DNA of 64,000 nt from Candidatus Latescibacterota bacterium (GTDB lineage Bacteria > Latescibacterota > UBA2968): positions 672,001 through 736,000 of the forward strand of contig OZ242195.1 of assembly GCA_965205975.1 (NCBI GenBank), given 5' to 3'. How positions within the stretch are numbered: position 1 is the stretch's first letter; each line of letters begins with the position of its first letter. A program made the translations under genes and the position numbers. Shown here piece by piece: positions 37,166-49,111 of the stretch. Below the pieces are notes generated by a model. That model saw only the letters and a program-made list of their open reading frames with translations, was not told the DNA's origin and searched no databases.

Positions 37166-38635
37166 TCAGTAAATATATCGCACCCGCCTGAACTCACCGA
37201 GCATCGGGTCCTTTACGCGTTCCATGTGATCTTGCATACATTGCATCAGCGATTCCTGCAATGCCTTGTGTGTCTCGATACCGAAGAGGTTGTGCAGTTC
37301 GTGCGGATCGTTTTTGAGATCATAGAGTTCTCCAATATCCGATTGATTAAACACAAACTTGTGCGTCCTGGTGCGCACCATACGAGACTTGTGCTCCTGA
37401 ATCTGACCGTTGAACTGACAGTACACGCTTTCACGCCCTGTCGGTTCATCCTCTCCCTTCAATAGTGGAAGAATGCTCTGTGTATCGGGTACAATATCGG
37501 GTTGCAGACCTGCTACTTCCAGAAAACTCGGAAATAGATCTTGCAGATAGACAAATTCGTCGTTCTCTCTGCCCGGCTGTCGGCATTCGGGATGCGCTGC
37601 GATCAGAGGCAGGCGAAAACTCTCTTCATCGAAAAAAGGCCCTTTTTCAAACAGCTTGTGTGCCCCCATATTGTCTCCGTGGTCGGTGGAAAATACAACA
37701 AGTGTGTTTTCCGCCAGGCCGAGCGTTTCCAACTCGGAAAGCATACGCCCCACCAGATCATCGATCATGGTCATATACCCCCAGTAGCGCGCCGTAATCT
37801 CCGCCCATTCGTCCCAGTTGTTGGGATCAATCCCCCAATAACGAGACACCAGAGTCTGAACATAGGGACGATTCTCCAGTGTGTCGCAGAAACTCGGGTC
37901 CTCTGGAATTGACTTCGGGTCGTACATTGAGTAATACGGTTCCGGCACAATACACGGACTGTGTGGGCCCCAGAAGTTGGTCCAGATAAAAAAGGGATCT
38001 TCTTCCTGTGCATACGCCCGCATAAGCTCAATCGTTTCCGAGGCAACCATGGCTTCGAAATTGTGCTCAATAGTTCCAGCATGGAGACCGTGCAATTCCC
38101 GATTTCGCTGCCCTGGATTTCCCTGAGCATAGAACGCTTCTATAAGCTCTGGCGGTTCCAGGTTCTTCTCGTTCAAATAGTTCAGGTAATTCCTCGCAAT
38201 CTGGGAATCCTTCCGCGCACCGCTCTTGATACCTGGCATATTGATATTGGATGCGGGATAGCCATATCCGGGGAAATCTCGTTTACAGCGAAATTCCCAA
38301 TCACTCGGATTCTTCTGGTGATCTACATGCCATTTTCCCGCATATCCCAGGTTGTATCCTGACCGGGGTAGCTCTGTCGCGAAATTGGGAAGCGACTGAT
38401 CCAACTGGCCACCGTTGGTTTCAACCCCGGTAATGTGACCGTACCGACCTGTAAATAGCGCGGCCCGACCGGGCGCACATGGGATGATAAGCGGAAAGGC
38501 ATTGTTGAAGCGCACACCCCGGCTTGCCAGGTTGTCAATATGTGGTGTTCTGCACTGGGAGGCACCATAACAACCCAGCAGATCCCAGCGCTGTTGATCT
38601 GTTAGAATGAGCAGTATATTCGGTTTTTCTTGCAT
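37166..38635 (-). CDS. Sulfatase (Cys-type)
   Basis: KPNILLILTDQQR, CAPGRAALFTGR, GKWH, TDHGD. Confidence 0.94.
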   Translation of the reverse strand: MQEKPNILLILTDQQRWDLLGCYGASQCRTPHIDNLASRGVRFNNAFPLIIPCAPGRAALFTGRYGHITGVETNGGQLDQSLPNFATELPRSGYNLGYAGKWHVDHQKNPSDWEFRCKRDFPGYGYPASNINMPGIKSGARKDSQIARNYLNYLNEKNLEPPELIEAFYAQGNPGQRNRELHGLHAGTIEHNFEAMVASETIELMRAYAQEEDPFFIWTNFWGPHSPCIVPEPYYSMYDPKSIPEDPSFCDTLENRPYVQTLVSRYWGIDPNNWDEWAEITARYWGYMTMIDDLVGRMLSELETLGLAENTLVVFSTDHGDNMGAHKLFEKGPFFDEESFRLPLIAAHPECRQPGRENDEFVYLQDLFPSFLEVAGLQPDIVPDTQSILPLLKGEDEPTGRESVYCQFNGQIQEHKSRMVRTRTHKFVFNQSDIGELYDLKNDPHELHNLFGIETHKALQESLMQCMQDHMERVKDPMLGEFRRVRYIY

Positions 38636-38657
38636 ACTTGTGTCCTCACAATTTTCC

Positions 38658-39521
38658 TTAACTCGCCATCGCCAGTATCTGATCTTCATCAATCAGGAAT
38701 TCTTTCGGTAAATCGAGGGGGTGGCCGTTTTCACATACGGGCAAATAATCCAGATATTTATTTCCAGGTCGGATTGCTCGCATCCAGGGCACATCGCGTT
38801 TGGCAATAAATGTCCCTGCCAGACCGATGCGTTGTTTGTCTGAACGGTTTGGTCCGCTATAATGCAACGCATTTTGATGCCACACCAGAATATCTCCGGG
38901 TTCCATCTCACAGGCCACCGCATCCTGTTCCGGGTTATAGCCGTGATCGCGTGGATCCACTTCCGTGAGCTTATTGCCCTGCCGCTGGTGTGCAATGCGT
39001 CCCAGCTTCTGTGAAAAAGGAATCAACTGTAAGCATCCATTCTCTTTTGTTGCCCGATCAATGGCAATCCAAAAATCAAACATCACAGGCTCGTTGGGGT
39101 CATAGGGGGCAGGTGGCATGTTCCAGGCTGCAGAATCCTGGTGCCAGGGGGTAATAGAACCGTGTCTGGGTGGTTTTAAAAAGAAACCACCGGCGTTTAC
39201 ACAAAAGTCATCCTGTAAAACAGAGCGCACCAGTCCGACGGTTCGCGGATTTGAAATCATCTTTTTCCAGAGCGTCTCATTGTGATACGCCGGACTATTC
39301 AATCGATAAAATCGGTGCAATGGATTCCCGGCATTCGGCTGGTCCTCCTTTACATGCCCGATCCCCAATCGCTCGTATATGTCGGCGTGTTCGGCAATAA
39401 ACTGAACGCGCTCTTTGATTATGGGGATATCGTCACGGTTCAACAATCCCTGAAAGATGAAATATCCCTTGTCCAGCAATTCCCGGTTCCAATTCTTGTC
39501 GTGTATCTCGTCTCTTTTCAT
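38658..39521 (-). CDS. Phytanoyl-CoA dioxygenase (PhyH)-family Fe/2OG enzyme
   Basis: FFLKPP, TPWHQD, WIAIDRATKENGCL, PGD...LHYSGPNRS. Confidence 0.93.
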   Translation of the reverse strand: MKRDEIHDKNWNRELLDKGYFIFQGLLNRDDIPIIKERVQFIAEHADIYERLGIGHVKEDQPNAGNPLHRFYRLNSPAYHNETLWKKMISNPRTVGLVRSVLQDDFCVNAGGFFLKPPRHGSITPWHQDSAAWNMPPAPYDPNEPVMFDFWIAIDRATKENGCLQLIPFSQKLGRIAHQRQGNKLTEVDPRDHGYNPEQDAVACEMEPGDILVWHQNALHYSGPNRSDKQRIGLAGTFIAKRDVPWMRAIRPGNKYLDYLPVCENGHPLDLPKEFLIDEDQILAMAS

Positions 39522-39545
39522 AACAGGTTTCCTTATGCTAATGGC

Positions 39546-39810
39546 CTAATCCGCCAGACCATCCTGATTTTCATCGTCTATGCCGGCATAGGGACTTTCG
39601 ACGATTGCCTCCCAGGCCACCCGACGCATAATCCTGTCAACCCGTTCGGGGATCCCCTCCGGCACGTAATCGGCGATGGTTTCCGGGCTTCTCCGGTAAA
39701 GCATTCCGAAGTACATATATCCCGCCAGTTGCTCAATCCCGCTTGTTCTGGATAGGTGACCGCCGTCTCGATAGATCCCGCGTTTGCTGGCGCGTCCCCG
39801 ATTTTCATCG
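39546..39810 (-). pseudogene. Probable C-terminal gene remnant of unknown family
   Basis: Protein-like tail GIYRDGGHLS...LAGYMYFGMLYRRSP...RVAWEAIVESPYAGI (DxxH, reminiscent of SGNH block V); the upstream part of the ORF lacks a convincing start. Left boundary approximate. Confidence 0.4.
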
Positions 39811-40002
39811 ATGGGGTGTGTCTTCGTTCCATTTGCCGAATTCCTTGAGCCATATTGCAGGTGGGAAATACACTTGACAATATAGCTTCCGATACCGGTT
39901 ATTTCCAGCGATATTTCTCTATGCCCTGACATCAGAAAAAGAATGAAACCCTGCGTCGAGAAGTTGAATTACCCGACCCAAATTCCTCTTGCCTGAGAAT
40001 AA

Positions 40003-42228
<2,226 letters not shown>

Positions 42229-42245
42229 TAGAAGGAGAGTGCCAT

Positions 42246-42545
42246 ATGTATTTCGTAGTCTTCGCGACTCACAAAGAAGAAATGGGGCAGGAACGGCTCC
42301 AATTACAGGATGCATTTGCGGCCTACCTTCACGATCTCACCCAACATCCCGATGTGACCGTTCATCATGGTGGGCAGACGCTCAGCGAGAGTGAACAGAT
42401 CGTTACCGGCTTCGTCCTCGTGATCGAAGCTCCCTCGCTCGAGGTAGCGCAGGCATTTGTCGCCGGCAGTCCCTATGCTCAGGCGGGCACCTTCGCCGAG
42501 TCTCACATCCGCCCATGGAACTGGTTGACTGGACGCCCTGGCTGA
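42246..42545 (+). CDS. YciI family protein
   Basis: 99 aa; MYFVVFA...GGQTLSE...GFVLVIEAPSLEVAQAFVAGSPY...IRPW. Confidence 0.8.
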   Translation: MYFVVFATHKEEMGQERLQLQDAFAAYLHDLTQHPDVTVHHGGQTLSESEQIVTGFVLVIEAPSLEVAQAFVAGSPYAQAGTFAESHIRPWNWLTGRPG

Positions 42546-42621
42546 GCGCGTTGCCGCACCGCCCAAATATCTCCGGGCGTGAGGATCACAAGGTGTGCGT
42601 AGGCTGGCCAAGGAGGTATCC

Positions 42622-44382
42622 ATGAGCAACCGTCACGAGCAACGCGCTCCTGACGTTCAATACGAACCCGATGAGAGTCCTCCGGCGCTTGTGTCTCTGG
42701 GCAGCGGCCTGCAACTGGTAGTCCTCGGCATAACGAGCATCATCTTTATCCCCACAATTGTCATCAGAGCCAGCGGCGGAACCGATGCGTACCTGTCCTG
42801 GGCCGTGTTCGGCGCCGTCGCGGTCAGTGGCCTCTGCACGGCCCTGCAAGCGTTCAGGCTGAGCCGGGTCGGAGCGGGATATTTGCTCTTTATGGGCCCC
42901 GCCGGAGCCTATATCGGAGTCTGCGTCAGCGCCCTCATCGAGGGTGGTCCAGCGCTGCTCGCTACCCTGGTCGTCGCATCGTCGCTCGTCCCGATCGTGA
43001 TTTCGATGCGACTGGCCCTGTTCAGGCGGCTTCTCACACCGACCATCGTCGGTACCGTGAACATGCTGATACCTGCGACCGTGCTGCCGGTCGTATTCAG
43101 TCGCCTGGCCGCTGCGCCGCTCGACACGGCGCTCAGTGCGCCGCTCACTGCGGTAGCGACGGGTCTGGTCATCGGAGGCATCTCTCTGAAGGCGGGGGCA
43201 ACGCTGCGTTTATGGGCACCGCTCATCGGGGTGATTGCGGGTTCGGTCATTGGCGGAGCGATGGGACTCTATGACCTCGATCTGGTTGCCAGGGCTGCGT
43301 GGATCGGATTGCCACAGGGCAACTGGCCGGGTATTGGACTCGACCTCGGTCCTGCCTTCGTGGGACTTCTGCCTGCCTTCGCGTTTGTGGCCCTCATCGG
43401 CGCCATCCAGACGATTACTGGTGCGGTCGCCATCCAGCGCGTATCGTGGCGCCGGCCTCGGGCCGTGGACTACCGTGCGGTGGAGGGTGCGGTGACGGCG
43501 GACGGCATCGGCAAACTGCTATCGGGCATCACGGGGATCGTACCGACTCAGACCATCGGAGTCAGCGTCCCGACGGTAGAGCTTACGGGGGTCGCGGCCC
43601 GCCGCGTGGGAATCGTTGCCGCCGGCGTGCTGATCGTGCTGGCGTTTCTGCCCAAGGCACTTGCCATGATACTGGCGATACCCAGCCCGGTCATCGTCGC
43701 CTATCTGACCGTCGTGCTGGCGCTGACCTTTGTCCGTGGGATGACGGAGGTGGTACAGGACGGGATTGATCATCGCAAAGCGCTGATCGCCGGTGTCGCC
43801 TTCTGGGTTGGCGTCGGCTGCCAGAACGATCTCTTATTTCCCGAGCTTCTCGCGGAGTTGGGGGGTGGTCTGCTGGGGAACGGCATAACGGCCGGGGGCA
43901 TCATGGCGATTCTCATGACCTTGTTCTTGGAAGTGACTTCGCCCCGCCGCAGCCGGATCGAAGTGGCGCTCGATCTGTCCGTGTTGCCGAAGATCAGGGC
44001 GTTCCTCAATGCGTTCGCATCCCGCAACGGCTGGGGGGCGAAGATGGTCGATCGTCTCGACGCAGCCAGCGAGGAGACGTTGCTGACGCTGATCGGGCAG
44101 GACGAGGGCCAGGAGAAACGCGAGCAGCGGCGCCTTCTTGTGAAGGCACACAAGGAGAGCGGCGATGCTGTCCTCGAGTTCATTGCCGCGGTGGGCGAGG
44201 AGAACGTTCAGGACCGGATCGGATTGCTGGCGGACCGGCCCGATGACGTGCTGATGGAGCGGGAGGTCTCGCTACGGCTGTTGCGGCACATCGCGTCCTC
44301 TGTTCGCCACCAGCAATTCCACGACACGGATATCGTGACCGTCCAGGTAAAAGTTCCGGAGACGGGCGATGAGAACCGTTAA
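42622..44382 (+). CDS. NCS2 (xanthine/uracil permease-like) transporter with C-terminal HATPase-like domain
   Basis: YEPDESPP...GLQ, LTPTIVG, AAWIGLP, ADG, TGVAARRVG, FLPK, IPSPV are NCS2-like; soluble tail after about residue 445. Confidence 0.85.
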   Translation: MSNRHEQRAPDVQYEPDESPPALVSLGSGLQLVVLGITSIIFIPTIVIRASGGTDAYLSWAVFGAVAVSGLCTALQAFRLSRVGAGYLLFMGPAGAYIGVCVSALIEGGPALLATLVVASSLVPIVISMRLALFRRLLTPTIVGTVNMLIPATVLPVVFSRLAAAPLDTALSAPLTAVATGLVIGGISLKAGATLRLWAPLIGVIAGSVIGGAMGLYDLDLVARAAWIGLPQGNWPGIGLDLGPAFVGLLPAFAFVALIGAIQTITGAVAIQRVSWRRPRAVDYRAVEGAVTADGIGKLLSGITGIVPTQTIGVSVPTVELTGVAARRVGIVAAGVLIVLAFLPKALAMILAIPSPVIVAYLTVVLALTFVRGMTEVVQDGIDHRKALIAGVAFWVGVGCQNDLLFPELLAELGGGLLGNGITAGGIMAILMTLFLEVTSPRRSRIEVALDLSVLPKIRAFLNAFASRNGWGAKMVDRLDAASEETLLTLIGQDEGQEKREQRRLLVKAHKESGDAVLEFIAAVGEENVQDRIGLLADRPDDVLMEREVSLRLLRHIASSVRHQQFHDTDIVTVQVKVPETGDENR

Positions 44383-45018
44383 ATGGGCAGGAAGCATTTG
44401 AAACATGAAGAAGTGTTCGAGCGGGCCTGGACCGACCCGGGCAACACCCGAATTGAGCTGTCTCCGGTTGACATCAATCTGGTGCTCGCCCAGTATTACC
44501 GCACGAACGAACCGCTCAGGTTTACCCGGACCATGTTGTGGGACATGGAGGTGAAAAAGGCGTTTCGGCCCGATCTCTATATTCCTTCTGTTGTAACGGC
44601 GGGCAGCTCCCACTATTGGCGCGAGCAAGCGGCGGCAGACGGAGCCGAATCCTTTGTGCGATGCTCGCGGCAGCGCCTCTGGCTCAAGCCGTCAGAGCAC
44701 GGGTTGGTCCTCGAACAGGTCCTCCTTAATCCTGCGCGGCAGAGTGCCACTTTCATCGGGGCAGCGGAACTCCTCGACAAGGAGGGGAACTTGCTTCGAG
44801 CAGGCAAAGGACAGCCACTCTTTCACGTTGAGCATTCTGTCGATGGTGACGAATTGCGACCTCTGAACCTGTGGCGCATCGTTTATCTCACGGACAGAAC
44901 CGAGCAGAAACTGATCGAGCGGTTCACGCTTGCGAAGGACGTGTGGCTGCGTGAGTTCGTCGAAATCTACATCCGACAGGACTTGAAGATCGAGTTGACC
45001 CGGAGGAATGTCTTGTGA
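44383..45018 (+). CDS. Hypothetical protein, possibly AtaL/DUF1857 (SRPBCC fold)
   Basis: 211 aa; INxVL...TRTMLWDMEVKKAFRPDLYIP resembles the DUF1857 N-terminus; starts directly after the upstream stop. Confidence 0.5.
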   Translation: MGRKHLKHEEVFERAWTDPGNTRIELSPVDINLVLAQYYRTNEPLRFTRTMLWDMEVKKAFRPDLYIPSVVTAGSSHYWREQAAADGAESFVRCSRQRLWLKPSEHGLVLEQVLLNPARQSATFIGAAELLDKEGNLLRAGKGQPLFHVEHSVDGDELRPLNLWRIVYLTDRTEQKLIERFTLAKDVWLREFVEIYIRQDLKIELTRRNVL

Positions 45019-45058
45019 GAGAACTACCCACCGAGAAACCTGCAGGGGAGCCGCTCTG

Positions 45059-45973
45059 ATGAAGATCCAGGACATTCGTCATGTCGGGTTGCTGTCACCC
45101 GTGATCGCGACCCATGCCAGGTTCTACCTCGAGGTCTGGGGACTCCGATCGGCCGGAGAAGACCGGCACGCACGATATCTCCGTGGCGCGTTGACCGAGC
45201 ACCACATTCTCAGCCTGCATCAAGCGGAACGGTGTGGGCTCCACCACTTAGCCTTCAGCGTTGACGGACGCGACGCAGTTGACGCGGCGGCAACCGAACT
45301 CGAGTGCCGGGGAATTACTCTGCTGGCGCCTCCGGATGACCTGGACGAACCTGGCGGCGGATACGGGCTGCGGTTTCTCGACCCCGAAAACCGCTGCATT
45401 GAGCTATCGGCAGGCGTGGCCGAACACCCGAACGGCTGGTCTGTTAGGAAAGTCGGCCCCCGCCAGCTATGCCACGTGGGTCTCAACACCCGGTGGTTCG
45501 AGCAAACCGTGACGTTCTACACCGAAATTCTCGGGTTTCGGGTCTCGGACTGGATTGAGAACGAGATGGTCTTCCTGCGATGCGACCGGAGACATCACGT
45601 CATTGTCTTCAATCGTGCAGATTACGCATCGGTCAACCATGTTGCGTACGTGATGGCTAATGTAGATGACGTGATGAAAGGGGTCTCCAACCTGCGTGCC
45701 CAGGGGCAGGAACCCGACTGGGGACCGGGGCGCCACGGCCCGGGCAACAATATCTTCTGCTACTACAAGGATCCGGCTGGATACGTGAACGAATTCTCCA
45801 GCGACATAGATTACATCGAAGACGACGCAACGCACAAACCCGCGGTGTGGAGACGGGTGCCGGAAACTGCGGACCTCTGGGGTACGGCCGGACCGCCCAG
45901 CCCCGAGGTTCGGAAGGCAATGGCCGGCGACCCTGATCCAGGCTGGGCTGTGAAGGACATCAACGTGGATTGA
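45059..45973 (+). CDS. Two-domain VOC protein, extradiol ring-cleavage dioxygenase-like
   Basis: LCHVGL, RHHVI, VNHVAY, WGPGRHGPGNNIFCYYKDPAGYVNE (metal ligands H, H, E). Confidence 0.88.
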   Translation: MKIQDIRHVGLLSPVIATHARFYLEVWGLRSAGEDRHARYLRGALTEHHILSLHQAERCGLHHLAFSVDGRDAVDAAATELECRGITLLAPPDDLDEPGGGYGLRFLDPENRCIELSAGVAEHPNGWSVRKVGPRQLCHVGLNTRWFEQTVTFYTEILGFRVSDWIENEMVFLRCDRRHHVIVFNRADYASVNHVAYVMANVDDVMKGVSNLRAQGQEPDWGPGRHGPGNNIFCYYKDPAGYVNEFSSDIDYIEDDATHKPAVWRRVPETADLWGTAGPPSPEVRKAMAGDPDPGWAVKDINVD

Positions 45974-45995
45974 TAGGGAGGTCGCCGCAGTGTTT

Positions 45996-46030
45996 AGGGG
46001 GAGGACACCTGCATTCGGTGTCCTCCCCTT
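45996..46030. terminator. Strong hairpin between convergent genes (possible bidirectional terminator)
   Basis: GGGGAGGACACC-TGCATTC-GGTGTCCTCCCC, 12-bp stem; U-tracts are short. Confidence 0.65.
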
Positions 46031-46044
46031 ATGTCTTGTGAATA

Positions 46045-47892
46045 TCATCGGTCAATCGGTTCGTCGCCGGAGACCAGATTAACGAGATCGCCCGGCCGAA
46101 GGGTCAGATTCGGGGAGGTGTGGAGCGCATTCCCGATCGGGTCAGGGTCTGCTTCGGTGTAGGGGAAACCGGTGGGGGGCAGGTCGGGATGTTCTGCTCT
46201 GAACTGGACGGGATCCCCAGAGAGATCCTGCGAGAGCGACCAATGGGAAAGGGACTCCGCGAAGGCGGCGAAACTTCCATCCGGACCCGGTTCCTGAACA
46301 TCTACGAGGACGATACAGTCGAGGGGATGATCACCGCGCTGTAATGACTCTCCTCCATAGAGTCGAAGGTGCAGCCTCAACTCGGTGTCCTCGCCATAGG
46401 CCAGACGTGCGTGACCTTGCCGGGCTTCGCCGTCCTGGGTTAGAAGCAGAGGTACGATCCCATAGTAAAGATCGCCGTAGGAGACAGCGACCGACTGACC
46501 CGGCTGGAGTTGTATGTCTCTGCCACCCCAGTCCACGTTGCCGATGCGCACTTCCCGGATGGTATCCCGCAGGCCGAACAGCACGCGGGGTTCGCAGTAG
46601 AACGTCGGGTCGTTCAGGAATCGCTCTTCCTCGTTTTCCGGTCTTTCGTAGTGGAGGCGACCTATGACGCGAGCGCCTTCCTGGCGAGACGTGAATGTCG
46701 CGCATGGCATATGCAGGAACGATTCATCCGGGATTAGGGGGACGCTGGCGCGCTCATCGGTCCTGTTGCGGACGAGCAGAATATAGGATGGTGGGGAGTG
46801 ACCGCCCACGGTTTGCAGGCACTGGGAGGCCAGGCTCCAGTCGGGGGTCAGGAAGTGCGTTCGTCGCGAACCGAGTGAGATACTGCGGTCGTGGATTTCG
46901 CTGGTGCCTGACTTTTCCCGAGCGAGGGTGCGGACGGCATCGGGAGGCACGTAATCGAACACAGTGTGTCTGATAAAGATTTCATTATTCAAAGTCCCCG
47001 CGTAGATGTTGCCCGCGTCGGGAGGACACGGGGTGCCGAATTTGATGTGGCCGTAAAACGCCGAGGACGTGCTCGCGCCGTGCAGCGCGTCATTTTGATA
47101 CGCCCGGGAAGGTGCCCCTGCCAGGAATCCGTTGGGCAGCATATTGAGCGCAAGCTGGTAGGTGATGAGATCCATCGTCCGTTTCAACTGATCGCGGAAC
47201 TGGCTGTCTCGCGCGTAGTTCCATGCCGCTTCCAGGCCGTGGAGGGTGACCGGGGTGTATCCCGGGCTGTTGAATTCGTGGAACCCATCCGCCGAAGTGC
47301 CTTTGACCCAGACATCGAAGGCTTCGGCTGCCTCGGCTTCGATTGAGGCATCGTCGAGGGTGCGCGAGAGGGCGACCCGACCACCAATATTCAAGGAGTA
47401 GATGTTGGAGTACTGCCACCTGGCGGTGTGGTTGCGGATGCCTTCTACGGCATTCGGAAATGCGGCCTCCATTGCGTTCTTTGTTTCGGGTGTCAGCTTG
47501 TTCTGGAAGTCGAGATAGGCATAAACGAGAGGAATGGTGATAAAAGAAACCGCGTTTCGGTCTTTGACGCGGTCCCAGTGCGTCATCCAGAAGAAATTGC
47601 CGAAGGTCTCGGAGCCAGGTTCGAGATCCTGGCCCTCAAGCACGCTGTGGATGATGCGATTGGCCTCACCGGCGTCATCCGTGCCGTATGTCCGGTCGTC
47701 TGATAAGAGAAGCAGAACGGCGTACCAAATGGAAGCCGTACGCGTGTGTCCTGTGAAGCGGGGAAAAAATGGATCGAAGTTCCGAAGAAGGGCGACGACC
47801 GGATCGTAGTTCCGGTCGTCGTTCTTGCGGAACCGGTCGCGCAGGTACGCAACACGGCCGCGTTGTTCACGAAGGATGGGGTCGATGTTCAT
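46045..47892 (-). CDS. Hypothetical protein, possibly heparinase/alginate-lyase-like alpha-toroid plus beta domain
   Basis: About 615 aa, RBS AAGGAG; helical N-half with GNFFW, DRNAVSF, YSNI, GFHEFNSPGY and a beta-rich C-half. Confidence 0.6.
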   Translation of the reverse strand: MNIDPILREQRGRVAYLRDRFRKNDDRNYDPVVALLRNFDPFFPRFTGHTRTASIWYAVLLLLSDDRTYGTDDAGEANRIIHSVLEGQDLEPGSETFGNFFWMTHWDRVKDRNAVSFITIPLVYAYLDFQNKLTPETKNAMEAAFPNAVEGIRNHTARWQYSNIYSLNIGGRVALSRTLDDASIEAEAAEAFDVWVKGTSADGFHEFNSPGYTPVTLHGLEAAWNYARDSQFRDQLKRTMDLITYQLALNMLPNGFLAGAPSRAYQNDALHGASTSSAFYGHIKFGTPCPPDAGNIYAGTLNNEIFIRHTVFDYVPPDAVRTLAREKSGTSEIHDRSISLGSRRTHFLTPDWSLASQCLQTVGGHSPPSYILLVRNRTDERASVPLIPDESFLHMPCATFTSRQEGARVIGRLHYERPENEEERFLNDPTFYCEPRVLFGLRDTIREVRIGNVDWGGRDIQLQPGQSVAVSYGDLYYGIVPLLLTQDGEARQGHARLAYGEDTELRLHLRLYGGESLQRGDHPLDCIVLVDVQEPGPDGSFAAFAESLSHWSLSQDLSGDPVQFRAEHPDLPPTGFPYTEADPDPIGNALHTSPNLTLRPGDLVNLVSGDEPIDR

Positions 47893-47964
47893 CGGAGGCT
47901 CCTTTAACATTAACCGGTTGAGTAGTATATCCTATTTCGTTCATTCCAAAAATAGAAGAACACC

Positions 47965-49077
47965 ATGTGTCAACGCATTACGACTTTTGCCATCATCGCC
48001 ATCACACTGATATTGGTCGCATTGTTCATCACAGGTAGGACACTGCCCTCAACTACTGCAGCGTGTCCTGGAGATTTTGACGGTAATAGACGTGTTAATA
48101 TAGCCGATTTTCTGGCCTTTGTAGAGGTCTTTGGCACCAGTTCTGTGGATGCGAATTACAATGCACAGATGGATTTTGACAGTAGTGGGCGCGTTGATAT
48201 AGCCGATTTTCTGGCTTTTGTAGAGGTCTTTGGTACAGAGTGCGGTGATGGTGGTGATACAAATGCAACGGGTTTATTTACACAAACACTTTACCATGAT
48301 GGTGTAACAAGAGAATATATTATATATGTGCCTGAGACTTATGATGGAACTTCAAAAGTTCCACTCATGCTTAATTTTCACGGATATGGTGGGATTGCAA
48401 ACCAATACTTAAAATATGCAGATATGCGGCCTCTGGCAGATATAGAAAATTTTATTCTGGTTTATCCTCAGGGGACCTTGCTGAATGGAGATCCGCACTG
48501 GAATTCTGGTTTAAGATCAGATGATAATAAAAGTGATGCGGATGACTTTGGCTTTGCGGAAGCATTAATTGATGAAATTTGTTCCAATTACAACATTGAT
48601 CCAACAAGAGTATATTCCTGTGGTTACTCAAATGGCGCTTTTTTTTCTTATGCACTTGCTTGCTATCACAGTGACAAAATAGCGGCCATAGGTTCTGTTG
48701 CCGGAACAATGATGGAGGAAACATATAACAACTGTAGGCCATCACACCCTACGGCTATGATAAATATTCACGGTACTTCAGACTATGTTGTCCCTTATGG
48801 TGGGGGAAGTGCAGGGTTATTATCAATTGATGGGGTGCTTGCTTATTGGATAGGGTTTAATAACGCCAGTACTGCTCCGATAGTGAATCGTATGAATGAT
48901 CGTGGCGTAACCATAGAACATTATTCATATACGGATGGAGACAACAATACTTCTGTAGAGCATTACAAGGTTATTGACGGAGGGCATGTCTGGTTTGATA
49001 TTAGCTACGATGGCTCTAATACCAGTCGTTTAATCTGGAATTTTGTGTCGAGATATGATATTAATGGATTGAGATAA
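47965..49077 (+). CDS. Secreted LpqC/PHB-depolymerase-type esterase with N-terminal EF-hand/dockerin-like duplication
   Basis: Signal peptide; two DFDxxxRVxIADFLAFVEVFG repeats; REYIIYVP, NFHGYGG, VYPQG, GYSNGA (GxSxG), HGTSD, GGHVW. Confidence 0.88.
   Translation: MCQRITTFAIIAITLILVALFITGRTLPSTTAACPGDFDGNRRVNIADFLAFVEVFGTSSVDANYNAQMDFDSSGRVDIADFLAFVEVFGTECGDGGDTNATGLFTQTLYHDGVTREYIIYVPETYDGTSKVPLMLNFHGYGGIANQYLKYADMRPLADIENFILVYPQGTLLNGDPHWNSGLRSDDNKSDADDFGFAEALIDEICSNYNIDPTRVYSCGYSNGAFFSYALACYHSDKIAAIGSVAGTMMEETYNNCRPSHPTAMINIHGTSDYVVPYGGGSAGLLSIDGVLAYWIGFNNASTAPIVNRMNDRGVTIEHYSYTDGDNNTSVEHYKVIDGGHVWFDISYDGSNTSRLIWNFVSRYDINGLR
48073..48237 (+). repeat. Intragenic direct repeat (99-bp period) encoding the dockerin-like pair
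   Basis: ATAGCCGATTTTCTGGC(C/T)TTTGTAGAGGTCTTTGG(C/T)AC occurs twice, nearly identical even at synonymous sites. Confidence 0.85.
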
Positions 49078-49111
49078 TCATATCAAACATCAACCGGATG
49101 GACGTGACGCG

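Noticed and set aside
28966..39521. Secondary-metabolite biosynthetic cluster (decarboxylase, PhyH, DegT aminotransferase)
   Set aside because: No scaffold enzyme (NRPS, PKS, cyclitol synthase, glycosyltransferase); the genes look like mixed catabolic paralogs.
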